Positions 1 through 56,060 of a stretch of 64,000 bases of DNA are shown here, one piece after another; the first letter of the stretch is position 1, and every line of letters begins with the position of its first letter. The stretch is from Octopus sinensis (lineage: Eukaryota). A program made the translations under genes and the position numbers. The DNA is taken from positions 18,662,001 through 18,726,000 of the forward strand of contig NC_043007.1 in the NCBI RefSeq assembly GCF_006345805.1, in the 5' to 3' direction. Below the pieces are notes generated by a model. It made no database searches. It saw only the letters and a program-made list of their open reading frames with translations, and was not told where the DNA came from.

Positions 1-579
1 CCTCTCTTTTGTCATTTGACATCAGATGGACAAGTCTTGTTAAAGAAACACCACCTACAAGAATTTGCCTAATGTCAGTGGAAACATGGGTGGTGTCAAG
101 ATGGGAGATTAACTGAGTCAAGAGTGCTTGAATGGAGTGGCATAAAGTTTGCCAGTTTTAGAGGGCAAAGACCATTGTAGTAGTGGTAGAAAAGTCTAAG
201 ATAAGATACAGCAAATCTGTGAGAAGGATAATTGTGTTGAGGTAAGTGACCTCATGTTAATAGTTGGGCAACCTTTCTTTGGATGTAATCTTGGATGTTT
301 GTGTGTAAAGCAGAAGCATCTTTGTAGATGTCAAAGCAGTATTCCATTATGAATCTCACCCTAGCTTTCTTCGTCATCATCATTCAATGTCTATTTTTCT
401 ATGCTTGTAAGCATCAGACAGAATTTGTTAAGACAAATTTTCTGCAGCTGGTTGGATGCCCTTCCTGTCACCAACCCTCGCCTGTTTTCAAACATGGTAT
501 TATTTTTTCCATTGCTAGATATATTTTTCATGAAACAACATTGCTTGTATAGCAATGATGCTCATAGTCAAAGGCATCG

Positions 580-1175
580 AGCTGGCAGAATTGTTAGTGC
601 GCCGGGCGAAATGCTTAGTGGTATTTTGTCCGCCGTTACATTCTGAGTTCAAATTCCGCCAAGGTCAACTTTGCCTTTCATCCTTTCAGGGTCGATAAAT
701 TAAGTACTAGTTATGCACTGGGGTCGATGTAATCGACTTAATTGCTTTGTCTGTCCTTGTTTGTCCCCTCTATGTTTAGCCCCTTATGGGCAGTAAAGAA
801 ATAAGAAACGTTAGCACACTGGGCGAAATGCTTAGCAGTATTTTGTCTGCCGCTACATTCTGAGTTCAAATTCCGCTGAGGTTGACTTTGCCTTTCATCC
901 TTTCGGGGTCAATTATATAAGTACCAGTTATGCACTGGGGTCGATATAATCAACTTAATCCGTTTTCCTCTCTGTGTGTAGTCCCTTGTGGATAGTAAAG
1001 AAATAGGTATTTCGTCTGCCATTACGTTCTGAGTTTAAATTCCACCAAAGTCAGCTTTGCCTTTCATCATTTTGGGGTCGATAAATTAAGTACCAGTTAT
1101 GCACTACGGTCAATGTAATCGACTTAATCCCTTTGTCTCTCCTTGTTTAGCCCCTTGTGGGCAATAAAGAAATAA
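580..1175 (+). mobile_element. tRNA-derived SINE family A, tandem trimer
   Basis: gagctggcagaa...gagttcaaattccgccgagg (B-box-like)...cctttcatcctttcggggtcgataaattaagtaccag...gccccttgtgggtaataaagaaatag, repeated three times. Confidence 0.85.
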
Positions 1176-1547
1176 GAAATGATCCTCACAGCCATCACAT
1201 GATGTCTAGCCAATGGTAAACACACACATAAATATACATATATGTAATAGGCATCTTTCAGTTTCTTTGTACCAAGGCTTTGGTTGACTCAAGACTATAG
1301 CAGAAGACATCAAAAGCCATGCTTGTGTCTATGCTTTGTAGAGAATTAATAGTTGTTAGCCACAGAAGCATTTTCTGTGATGCAGTTGAGGATACATGCT
1401 GAACAGATGTCCCCCCACCCCACCCGTGAGGGTTCAGTCTAACTCAAAAGAGCCTTAATAGATTCAGAGGCATTCAGTTAAATGTAATGACTTTTTATAT
1501 CTGAAAGAGCCCATCCAATCAAAAGAGAGTTCAATAATTTAAAAAGA

Positions 1548-1924
1548 ACTCTCTTTTACTTGTTTCAGTTATTTGACTGTGGTCATGCTGGAGCACCGCC
1601 TTTAGTCGAGCAAATGGACCCCAAGACTTATTCTTTGTAAGACTAGTACTTATCCTATCAGTCTCTTTTGCCAAACCACTAAGTTACAAGGACGTAAACA
1701 CACCAGCATTGGTTGTCAAGCGATGTTGGGGAGGGGGGGACAAACATATACACACACATACAGATATATGATGGGCTTCTTTCAGTTTCCGTCTACCAAA
1801 TGCACTCACAAGGCTTTGGTCGGCCCGAGGCTATTGTAAAAGACACTTGCCCAAGGTGCCACGCAGTAGGACTGAACCTGGAACCATATGGTTCGTTAGC
1901 AAGCTACTTACCACACAGCCACTC
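1548..1924 (-). mobile_element. tRNA-derived SINE family B (central microsatellite)
   Basis: Head ggagtggctgtgtggtaag...gggttcagtccc; tail ggcggtgctccagcatggccgcagtcaaatgactgaaacaagtaaaagag. Confidence 0.85.
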
Positions 1925-2664
1925 TTACTCTGTGGATTAAAAAAATCACAGATAATGTTTGACTGCTGGAAATATATTTCAAAATTTTTAATGCCAAGTT
2001 TTAGGTTTTCCTGAGTTAAACGAGCCCCCATTGCTTGGTATCCCCTTAGTTTGGGGGCCTCTGGGCCATGGCCCATATGTAAATTCAGCCCTGAACATTA
2101 TTAGAGCCAATAGATTTTTGTGGGGTTTGAAGCAACTGGTGGGACTTTAACTCTTGCATCACTGTGTGTATGGTGGTGAATGTGAAGTTGGAATTATTTG
2201 AATGAATATTTTGTAGAGACATAAAGCTATTTTGTTAAGTAGAAAAAAAAAGGTTAAGGTGGTGAGCTGGCAGAGACATTAGCATGCCGGGCGAAATGCT
2301 TTGTGGTATTTTGTCTGCCGCTGCGTTCTGAGTTCAAATTCCGCTGAGGTCGACTTTGTCTTTCATCCTTTTGGGGTTGATAAATTAAGTACCAGTTACG
2401 CACTGGAGTCGATGTAATCGACTTAATCCCTTTGTCTGTTCTTGTTTGTCTCCTCTATGTTTAAGAAACAAAGAGGTCAGTTTTTGTGACCTTAGGTGCA
2501 GGCATGGCTGGGTAACATGAAGTTTGCTTCTCCACCACATAATTTCAGGTTCAGTCCCACAGTGTGACCCCTTGGGCAAGTATCTTTTACTATAGCCCTG
2601 CGTTTACCAAAGCCTTGTGAGTGGATCTGATGGGCAGAAACTGAGTGGAAGCCTGATGTATATA

Positions 2665-3077
2665 TCTATAATATAAATTGGAAATGGGCGATCGTTGTAT
2701 TCTTTCTTGTCTTCAGGTTCACAGTTAAACGGCTGGGTGGATTCACATGAAAAATGGCACTCTTGTGGAGAAGGGTGCATAGATTGGAATGCAGTTTGTA
2801 TTTTTTTTTTCCTAGCCCCCATAGTTATTGAGAAAATTGATTAAAACTTTTTTTAATGGGATTCCCCTCTTTCTTCCGCCATTAAAACAACCAGTTGCGT
2901 AGAAGCTGTTTTCTGACGGGGTGGGGCCAGGAAATTTTTATACAGCTGGAGGCTCCAATCGAAACTGGGGACTCGAAATGATAAGGTTGAGAAATGCTGT
3001 TATAGATTATGCCTTACCGAAAACGATCACAGAGACATCATCCAAACAGACCGGGTGAAACCGGGCTTTGCTGCTAG
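2665..3077 (+). mobile_element. Non-autonomous Helitron
   Basis: A|TCTATAATATAAA 5' end; 3' GC-rich ccgggtgaaaccggg then CTAG|T. Confidence 0.75.
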
Positions 3078-3138
<61 letters not shown>

Positions 3139-3635
3139 TGTAAGTGGGGTGGGGGAGTATCATTGTCTCTTTGCATGATAGACAAACGAGTGTTACTGCC
3201 ATGCAAGGGGTGTTTTGAAGTTGCAATCTTCAGTGAAAGTCTGTCTGGATATGGGGAAATATGATCCCACTTGGAAAATAGTTAAGGATTGGTGACAGGA
3301 AGGGCATACGGTCACAGAAAATGTCTCAACATATTTCGTCTGACCCATACAAGCACATGGAAAGGTGAACGCTAAAACAATGATAACGTTGAGCGTATAT
3401 CATTGGTACTTATTTTATAAACATGGAGTAGGAAGTAGGTACATGTGCTACATTGATATTGAATTAATATGCTTATGCTATATTTTTTGCCTCTTGCTCC
3501 AGAAGTAACCCTTCTGTTAAAAAAAAACAGAAAAGAAATAAGTCACCAAACCAAAAGTTAATTTTCAGTTAATAACAGCGCGATTAAAAACGTGAATTTC
3601 TGTGACTGGCCACCATGTAGGTTCTGAGTGGTCGC

Positions 3636-3857
3636 GAGCTGGCAGAAACGTTAGCACGCCGGGCGAAATGCTTAGCGGTATTTCGTCTGCGTTACGTTGT
3701 GAGTTCAAATTCCACCGAGGTCGACTTTGCCTTTCATCCTTCCGGGGTCGATTAAATAAGTACCAGTTACTCACTGGGGTCGATGTAATCGACTTAATAC
3801 CTATGTCTGTCCTTGTTTGTCCTCTCTGTGTTTAGCCCCTTGTGGGTAATAAAGAAA
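3636..3857 (+). mobile_element. SINE family A monomer with 18-bp TSD
   Basis: TSD taggttctgagtggtcgc at 3618-3635 and 3858-3875. Confidence 0.9.
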
Positions 3858-4399
3858 TAGGTTCTGAGTGGTCGCACTACCTTCTAGAAATAGCAGCTAA
3901 ATCTAGTTCATATCACACCACACGTGGCTAGTTATAGTCCATAGTGGCAGCAAAAAGATGGCTGGCAATGGCTGGAAAGTCTTTGAACAGTCATGGTTGA
4001 TCAGCGTTAGAAAACTACAACTAGACCTAGAAATAGCAGCTAATCTTCCCTCACATCACACTGTACATAGTTAATATTTCTCTGTGTTTGAGTTCAAATT
4101 CCGCCTTCTGAGGTCGATAAAATAAGTATAATCTGAGCACTGAGGTCGATGTTATCGACTTAGCTACCCACCGCCCCCGAAATTGCTGGCCTTGTACTAA
4201 AATTTGAAACCAACACTTCTTTGAGCTATTAAGATGGATGGGCATGGCTGGAAAGCCTTTGAATATGAAGTTACTCGATCTTGGCCGACCTGGGTTAAAC
4301 CATAACCACAACGACAAGAGCAACAACATATAAAGTGAAATTTAATTTAAAACGTAATTCCTCTTCCTTCTTAGGTTGGTGTCAGACGAACAAATCTTG

Positions 4400-5067
4400 G
4401 GATCTTTTCGGTTTGAACGGCAGTTTTTTCTAGCAGTGTCATATGAAATTGTCACCCATAATTATGACCCTAGTATCGATCTATTGCATTTCAATCTGTT
4501 TTAAGGTTAGAATTAGTTAGGGTTAGGGGTGGGGGAAAGGGTATCTTTTTTTCTTCACAAATGTAAATAAACCCAATCTGTTTCTTAAACGAGGGACATA
4601 TTCATACGGCACAGAATGTTTTTTTTTTTTACCTCAATGGACGTCATTGATTGGTTGAAATTGCAGAAAAAACAACAACAAATATCTTACAAACTATAGA
4701 ATTTTCTCAATAAAGCCAAGAGAAAAAGATGTTTTATAAACACATTCTACGAAGTTTAAAAGTGTTTAGTTATGTGGAAATTATTTTATAAAACTGCCGG
4801 TCAAACCGAAAAGATCCCTGTTTCTTAAAGGAGGGACATTTTCATACGGCACAGAATGTTTTTTTACCTCAATGGACGTCATTGATTAGTTGAAATTGCA
4901 GAAATTGAAGAAAAAACAGCAACAAATATCTTACAAACTATAGAATTTTCTCAATAAAGCCAAGAGAAAAAGATGTTTTATAAACACATTCTACCAGTAT
5001 ACGAAGTTTAAAATTTTTTTTATCTAGAAATTATTAAAAAACACTGCCGTTCAAACGGAAAAGATCC
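4400..5067. mobile_element. Mutator-like (MULE) MITE with an internally duplicated right half
   Basis: 9-bp TSD caaatcttg (4391-4399, 5068-5076); about 28-bp TIR ggatcttttcggtttgaacggcagt / actgccgttcaaacggaaaagatcc; extra right TIR at 4792-4817; 4578-4817 repeated as 4818-5067. Confidence 0.85.
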
Positions 5068-5146
5068 CAAATCTTGTTGAAAGGCGACGACATCTCATCT
5101 GGAAGAAGTTGTCAAAAAAAAGGTCGAGATTTTGTGTTGAGTGAAA

Positions 5147-5156
5147 TCTCGCGAGA
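5147..5156. promoter_or_regulatory. Palindromic CGCG element TCTCGCGAGA in the putative DCAF5 promoter/5' UTR
   Basis: Exact 10-mer about 150 bp upstream of the ATG; a YY1-like GCCATGTT follows within about 10 bp. Function inferred from vertebrate promoters. Confidence 0.5.
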
Positions 5157-5308
5157 AGAGAGTAGCCATGTTGTGAAGTGGTTGAACCAAAACATGTCGT
5201 CTGTGTGCGATCAATGAAATGTCTCTTCTCTCTTGTTTATTTGTCTGCGATGTTTCCTACTTCAGCCCAACTGCTCTTTAACGAAGCAGCTGATAATTAA
5301 AAAGTGCC

Positions 5309-49307
<43,999 letters not shown>

Positions 49308-50765
49308 AATGATAATTGTTTCCAACTTTAGCTTTCTTCTTTACTTTTCTTCCTCCTTTCCTTCTTTCTTTCTTTTTTTATTCCATTTTCTTTCTTTTTT
49401 TAGTTGTCTGTCTCCTGTGGTCAAGGAGGTCAAAAAGGTCAACCTCTTGTTTCACTTTTCTACTTATATTTTTCTTATTTTAAGTCTCTTATTTTTGTCA
49501 TCTTCTTCCCCACATCATCATGTGTATATATGTACTTATATATATATATATATATGTATGTATAAAAGAAAACAATGATATATATATGTGTGTTATGATT
49601 TGTAAGTTATTTCATGAACAAAAATAAGAGTACTCAATGCATTGTGTAGAGTGATCATATTTATCAAAATATAGAGTGTGTGTATGTGTCTGTGTATACA
49701 TACCCACACATACATGTGTATGTATGAATATATATCGACTGATGTTAAATGATGGTTATATATATATATGTATGTATGTGTGTGGGTGTGTGTATATCTA
49801 TTGGTGAATATATTCAATGATGAATATATCTGTTTTCCACTCCACTGGACTCCTTTACTCATTGAGATATTTAGTGTCAGTGAGTGAGTTTTCTGCAGAC
49901 ACTTGTTCCACTAATGTAATCTGTAGGGTAGTCAGAATCACCGTAAGTCAGCATGAGAAGGCTGGACCTTTGAAATACAGGTACAACCCATCTGAAGGGC
50001 TTATACACACTCTCTCTCTCTCTCTCACACACACACACTTTCTGTTTATTCAGTTTCACTTACATGGTATGGGTCACAAATCATGGTTAAATACATTTGC
50101 CCAAGGTGTCATGCAGCAGGATAGAACCTGAAGTCTGATGATTGTAAGGTTAACTTCTTAATTACTTTGCTGTACCTGTGTTCAGTGATATTTCTAGCAG
50201 GTTGTGAGACCACTTGGAGGCTCTCATGACCTGGCTTCTATGACATATAAACAAATGAAATTACAACACTCCCTTCCCCCTGAACAGGACACCAGTCCCT
50301 CACAGGATTAACTTCCCAGCAATTGTTGGAACTCATTTTACAGCCAAGTGGACTGGAGCAACATGAAATTAAATCTTTGGTGGCGTACACAACACACTGC
50401 CCAGTCCAGGAATAGAAACTGCGACCTTATGATTGGAAGTGTAGCACACTAACCAATGGGCAATGTGCCTTCACCCTGAGGCATGGCTCCTTTATTGATT
50501 TGTATGTATTGTGTATAACCTGTATATGCATTATCTAGTACATACATGTGTTTGTGTGTCTGTGTTTGTTCCCCCCAACATCGTTTGACAACTGATGCTC
50601 CTGTGTTTACGTCCTCATCACTTAGCAGTTTGGCAAGAGAGACCGATAGAATAAGTACTAGACTTCTAAGAATAAGTCCTGGGGTCGTTTTGCTCGACTA
50701 AAGGCGGTGCTCCAGCATGGCCACAGTCAAATGACTGAAAGAAATAAAAGAATATATATATATGT

Positions 50766-51066
50766 GGAGGCGCAATGGCCCAGTGGTTAGAGCAGCGGAC
50801 TCACGGTCGGAGGATCGCGGTTTCGATTCCCAGACCGGGCGTTGTGTGTGTTTATTGAGCGAAAACACCCAAAGCTCCACGAGGCTCCGGCAGGGGGTTG
50901 TGGCGATCCCTGCTGTACTCTTTCGCCACAACTTTCTCTCACTCTTTCTTCTGTTGGCCTGCTCGCTTAGCCAGCGGGGTGGCATCATTTGAAGGCTAAA
51001 ACAATGTGAAGCGCATTGTGACCAGCGATGTGTAGCAACATCTGATAGCCTGGTCGGTGACGGTGA
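50766..51066 (+). mobile_element. tRNA-derived SINE family D
   Basis: A box tggcccagtgg (50776-50786), B box ggtttcgattccc (50819-50831), tail tgtgaccagcgatgtgtagcaacatctgatagcctggtcgg then (AT)n; a 5'-truncated copy lies at 57828-57985. Confidence 0.85.
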
Positions 51067-51119
51067 TATATATATATATGTATGTATATATGTATATAAT
51101 GTTTATATATATGTGTGTT

Positions 51120-51150
<31 letters not shown>

Positions 51151-51334
51151 GTTTATATATATGTGTGTTTATATATATATATATATATTTATGTTTATAT
51201 ATATAGGTGCAAGTATGGCTGTGTGGTAAAATGTTTGCTTCCCAACCACATTGTTCCAGGTTCAGTTCCACTGTGTGTCTTCCATTATAGCCTCAAGCTG
51301 ACAAAATCCTTGATTGGATTTGGTCAAAGCCTGT

Positions 51335-51367
<33 letters not shown>

Positions 51368-51796
51368 ATTTGTGTTTGGCCACCACTACAACTTTGAGAA
51401 ATGGTGTTGATGTGTTTACATCCCTGTAAACTTAGCAGTTTGGCTAAAGAGATTGACGGAGTAAGTACCAGGCTTAAAAAAGAAAGTACTAGCGATTTCA
51501 TTCAGCTGAAATTCTTCAGGGCAGTGCTCCAGCATGGCTGCAGTGAAATGAAAGGAACAAATAAAAGATATAAGATATATGTATGTGCACGCATGTGTGT
51601 GCGTTTATGTGTGTGTGTGTGTATACGTACTGGGACCCCAGACATAAATGTGTAAGATGAGAATGTCTCCATTATAGAATCATAGGTATTTTCTTTTTAT
51701 GGTTCCTCAAATTTTTCCTTATCATACTTCTTTGTTTTATTTGTGCTTTGTGTGTGTGATTCTGTCTCTGCATTGCCCCTAATCATGTGTCTTATA

Positions 51797-52206
51797 CTCT
51801 TTTACTCTTTTTCTTGTCTCAGTCATTTGACTGCGGCCATGCTGGAGCACCGCCTTTAATCGAGCAACTCGACCCCGGGGCTTATTCGTTTGTAAGCCCA
51901 GTACTTATTCTATCGGTCTCTTTTGCCGAACCGCTAAGTAACGGGGACATAAACACACCAGCATCGGTTGTCAAGCAATGCTAGGGGGACAAACACAGAC
52001 ACACAAACACAACACACACACACATATATATATACATATATACGACGGGCTTCTTTCAGTTTCCGTCTACCAAATCCACTCACAAGGCTTTGGTCGGCCT
52101 GAGGCTATAGTAGAAGACACTTGCCCAAGGTGCCACGCAGTGGGACTGAACCCCGGAACCATGTGGTTGGTAAACAAGCTACTTACCACACAGCCACTCC
52201 TGCGCC
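51797..52206 (-). mobile_element. SINE family B
   Basis: Full-length copy. Confidence 0.88.
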
Positions 52207-53446
52207 TGTGTATGTGTTTGTTTCTTACTCTGTGTATTCTTTTGTATTTGCATTCAATGAATGTGTGTGTGTGTGTTTATGTATCAATTGCATGTGTGTG
52301 TGTTGTGCATGTGATTCTGTGTGCATGTCCATGAATCGTGTGTTTATGTTGCCTATTTGTGTATCTATTAATTTCCTTTAATGTGTGTGAGATACTTGAA
52401 CCTATGTGATTCTCTGTTGAGCCACACACTCTCCAACTCTCCTCCACTTAAACCACAGTTCTCAGTAAGTTGATACTCTTCCAACTAAAGTCCAAAGACA
52501 AAGAATTAGTCAACAGTTGAAACAACTAGTTCTTCACTCTTTTATATTGGCATTAGTTATTTTTGCTATTATGTTTGTCTACACCTCAATTCTCTTCTAC
52601 ACACACTGTCTATTCCACATCCTTGCATTTGTTGGTTCACGTCTAAAAAAAAAACTGATGTTTCTATTGAAAAAGAAAAGAAAAGAAGAAAGAAATTTTA
52701 AAGACAAAAGAAAATTATCCAATCAAATACTCCACCCCTTCTTCTTCCTGCTCCAAATCAAATAAACTAATTAAATTCCAAAACATGTTATATTCTGCTA
52801 ACTTTTCCTGCAATGTATGATAATAAAATATACCAACAAAAGCTTTCTTTGTATCTATATAGATAAAAAGTAATGTTTATATGTGCTGTTCAACTCTGAT
52901 CCTGTTCCAGAAGATCTTATGATCAAAGCCATTCTGACCATGACCATCCAGTTTCTTGTTTTTCAGCCATTGTGTATCTAGGACTGCATTATTTTTGTGT
53001 TCTTTCTACTTTTCAAGATGTAATGTGTGATATTTCTAGCAGGTTGTGAGACCACTTGGAGGCTCTCATGACCTGGCTTCTATGGCATATAAACAAATGA
53101 AATTACAACACTCCCTTCCCCCTGAACAGGACACCAGTCCCTCACAGGATTAACTTCCCAGCAATTATTGGAACTCATTTTACAGCCACGTGGACTGGAG
53201 CAACATGAAATTAAATCTTTGGTGACATACACAACACACTGCCCAGTCCAGGAATAGAAACTGCGACCTTATGATTGGAAGTGTAGCACACTAACCAATG
53301 GGCAATGTGCCTTCACCCTGAGGCATGGCTCCTTTATTGATTTGTATGTATTGTGTATAACCTGTATATGCATTATCTAGTACAGTGGTTCCCAATCTGT
53401 AGTCTGTGGACCACGTGGGGTCCACAGACCATGAAATAAATTAAAC

Positions 53447-53477
<31 letters not shown>

Positions 53478-53566
53478 GTATACATACATATATAAACACA
53501 CACACACATTTGTAGTTTCAGCTCAGAGCTGTGACCATGATGGAGCACTGCTGTTTTGTTACAGTA

Positions 53567-54100
53567 TTACTGAGATCCTCCTCTAATATGTGGGTCTTGG
53601 TGAAGAATGGAGTTTGATGTAGCTAGCCTCATTCGCACCTTTTGCCATGAGGTAGGTTCATCTGGGACTCTCGACAGGAAGAGGTCCAGCCTTGATTTTA
53701 AAATACCTATATCTACTTTGTGCATGTTCCTCAGGCTCTTTGAGAGAATATTAAAAAGCTGTGAGCCCCTGAAACCCAGGCTGTTGCAGTAACAGGTCCT
53801 GAAGCGTGATGGCATTGCTGGGGTCTTTGGCAGTGTGCAGTGTCAACCCGTTCTGGCATTGGTGTAGTTGTCAATGCCAAAATTTGGCACAATTCCTTCC
53901 AGATGTATATTACTGCATAACTTTCCTGCCTTTACTCCAGGGAGTAGAGTCTTAGCTGTTTCAGCCTTTCCCAGTAGGCTGTCAAGGAACTAGCAGAGAA
54001 GCTTGGATTTGGTCATTCAAACATTCATCAACACCTGTGTGCCATTGGAAATGTCAGCAAATTGGGTGAATAGGTTCTTCACCAAGTTCTAATCCAGTTA
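53567..54100 (-). pseudogene. CR1-like LINE C-terminal fragment
   Basis: YWERLKQLRLYSLE, SLGFRGSQLFNIL, KSRLDLFLSRVPDEP. Confidence 0.75.
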
Positions 54101-54159
54101 AGTTTAGTACTTAGTATTTAATATTGAGCTTGTCTAAGTCCATCATCTCTTTGTCATCC

Positions 54160-56060
54160 TCATTTTTCAAAAATTCTTGGAAAATTTTTCAAATAATTAT
54201 GACAAAAAATTTTCAGAAAATTTGTGATTTTGGCACCGCTGGCTTACCATACTTTGTGGAGTAAAATTATTCAAAACTTTTTCAGGAAAATTTTCAGAAA
54301 ATTTTTCCAAAAATTTTCAAAAAAATTTTGACCAAAAATTTTTAGAAAATTTTTCAAAAAATTTTGACCAAAAATGTTCTAAAAATTTTCAAAAAATTTT
54401 GACTAAAAATTTTCAAAAAAATTTTCAGAAAATTTTGACCAGAAATTTTTCGAAACTTTTCACCGAAAATTTTACCCAATAATTTGTCGAAAATTTTACC
54501 CCGAAATGGCTTTCCATACTTTGTGAATTTGGCACCGCTGGCCTTCCATACTTTGTGATTTTGGCACCACTGGCCTTCCATACTTTCTGATATTGGCACC
54601 GCTGGCCTTCCATACTTTGTGGAGTAAAATTTTTCAAAAATTTTTCAGGAAAATTTTCAGAAAATCTTTCCAAAAATTTTCAAACAAATTTTGACCAGAA
54701 ATTTTAAAGAAATTTTTCAAAAAATCTTGACCAAAAATTTTCAGATTCTGCTTTACACTTTAAACGATGTCGACGTTTATAGACTTCAGCATATGGAGCA
54801 TCTTCCTTATATGGTTTTTCGAAAATTTTAACCGAAAATTTTACCCAAAAATTTTTTGAAAATTTTTGCTGAAAATTTTGCCCAAAAATGGCTTTCCATA
54901 CTTTATGATTTTGGCACCGCTGGCCTTTCATACTTTGTGATTTGGCTACCTCTGACCTTCCATACTTCGTGATTTTGGCACCGCTGGCTTTCCATACTTT
55001 GTGATTTTGGCATTTTCACCGAAAATTATACCCAAAAATTTTACGAAATATTTTGTTGAAAATTTTCGAAAAATTTTGGGGTTAAATTTTCAGTGAAAAT
55101 TTTTGGCAAATTTTTTGTGAAAATTTTCGAAAAATTTTGGGGAAAATTTTCGGCAAATTTTTCAAAAAATTTTTGGCTAAAATTTTCGGTGAAAATATTC
55201 GACATCGTTTTTGGTGAAAATTTTTCGAAAATTTTCGGAAAATTTTTGGTGAAAATTTTGAGAAGAATTTTGGGGTAAAATTTTCGGTGAAAATTTTCGA
55301 AAAATTTTTGGGGAAAATTTTCAGCAAAAATTTTTAAAAGAGTTTTGGGTAAAAATTGCAGTAAAATTTTCGAAAAACCATATAACGAATATGCTCCATA
55401 TGATGAAGTCAATAAACGTCGACATCGTCATAGTTGTTAAGTGTAAAGAGGAACCTGGTGCATCGTGGATGGTGAGGCATCTTGATAGTAGTAGTAAGCC
55501 AGAATTCACTCTATATATACACAGAAAGCAGCAGGCACATAAAAATCTATTTTTAGCAATAACATAAATATATTTTTGGGTAAAATTTTCGGTGAACACT
55601 TTCGAAAAATTTTTGGTTAAAATTTTCGGTGAAAATTTTCGAAAAACCATATGCTGAAGTCTATAAACGTCGACATCGTTTTCAGTGAAAATTTTCGGAG
55701 AATTTTTTGGAAAGATTTTTGGCGAAAATTATCTAAAAATTTTTGAGTAAAATTTTCATTGAAAATTTTCGGAAAATTGTTTGGAAAAATTTTTGAAATT
55801 ATTGGGTAAAATTTTCGGTGAAAATTTTAGAAAAATTTTTGGTCAAAATTTACGGCAAAAATTAAAAAAAAATATTTGCGCAAAAATTTTCTGTAAAAAT
55901 TTTCGACAAACCATATAGCGAATATGCTCCATATGCTGAATCTATAAACGTTAACATCGTGGATGGTGAGGCATCATGACAGTAGTAGGAAGCCAAAATT
56001 CAATTTTTAGCAATAACTCTATTCAATTTTTAGCAATAAATCTATTTTTGGGTAAAATTT
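54160..56060. repeat. AT-rich GAAAATTTTC-based satellite with about 31-bp GC-richer minisatellite inserts and a central inversion
   Basis: A4T4 units at roughly 10-12 bp spacing; ccatactttgtgattttggcaccgctggc units; orientation flips near 55060. Confidence 0.88.

Larger units (their letters stand above)
50185..53384 (+). repeat. 358-bp direct duplication (50185-50542 and 53027-53384)
   Basis: Near-identical by eye, including non-SINE flanks. Confidence 0.9.

Noticed and set aside
4505-4535. TTAGGG telomere-like motifs
   Set aside because: Only one or two units, inside a MITE.
5068-5170. Divergent minus-strand ORF starting caacATGGCTACT
   Set aside because: Only about 39 codons even after removing the MITE, no splice donor, no recognisable homology.
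49308-50200. DCAF5 polyadenylation site
   Set aside because: No unambiguous signal identified by eye; needs 3' end data.
50766-50840. tRNA gene (also at 24990-25050 and the SINE A/B heads)
   Set aside because: A/B boxes are present but no complete cloverleaf, and each continues into a repeat body; these are SINE heads.
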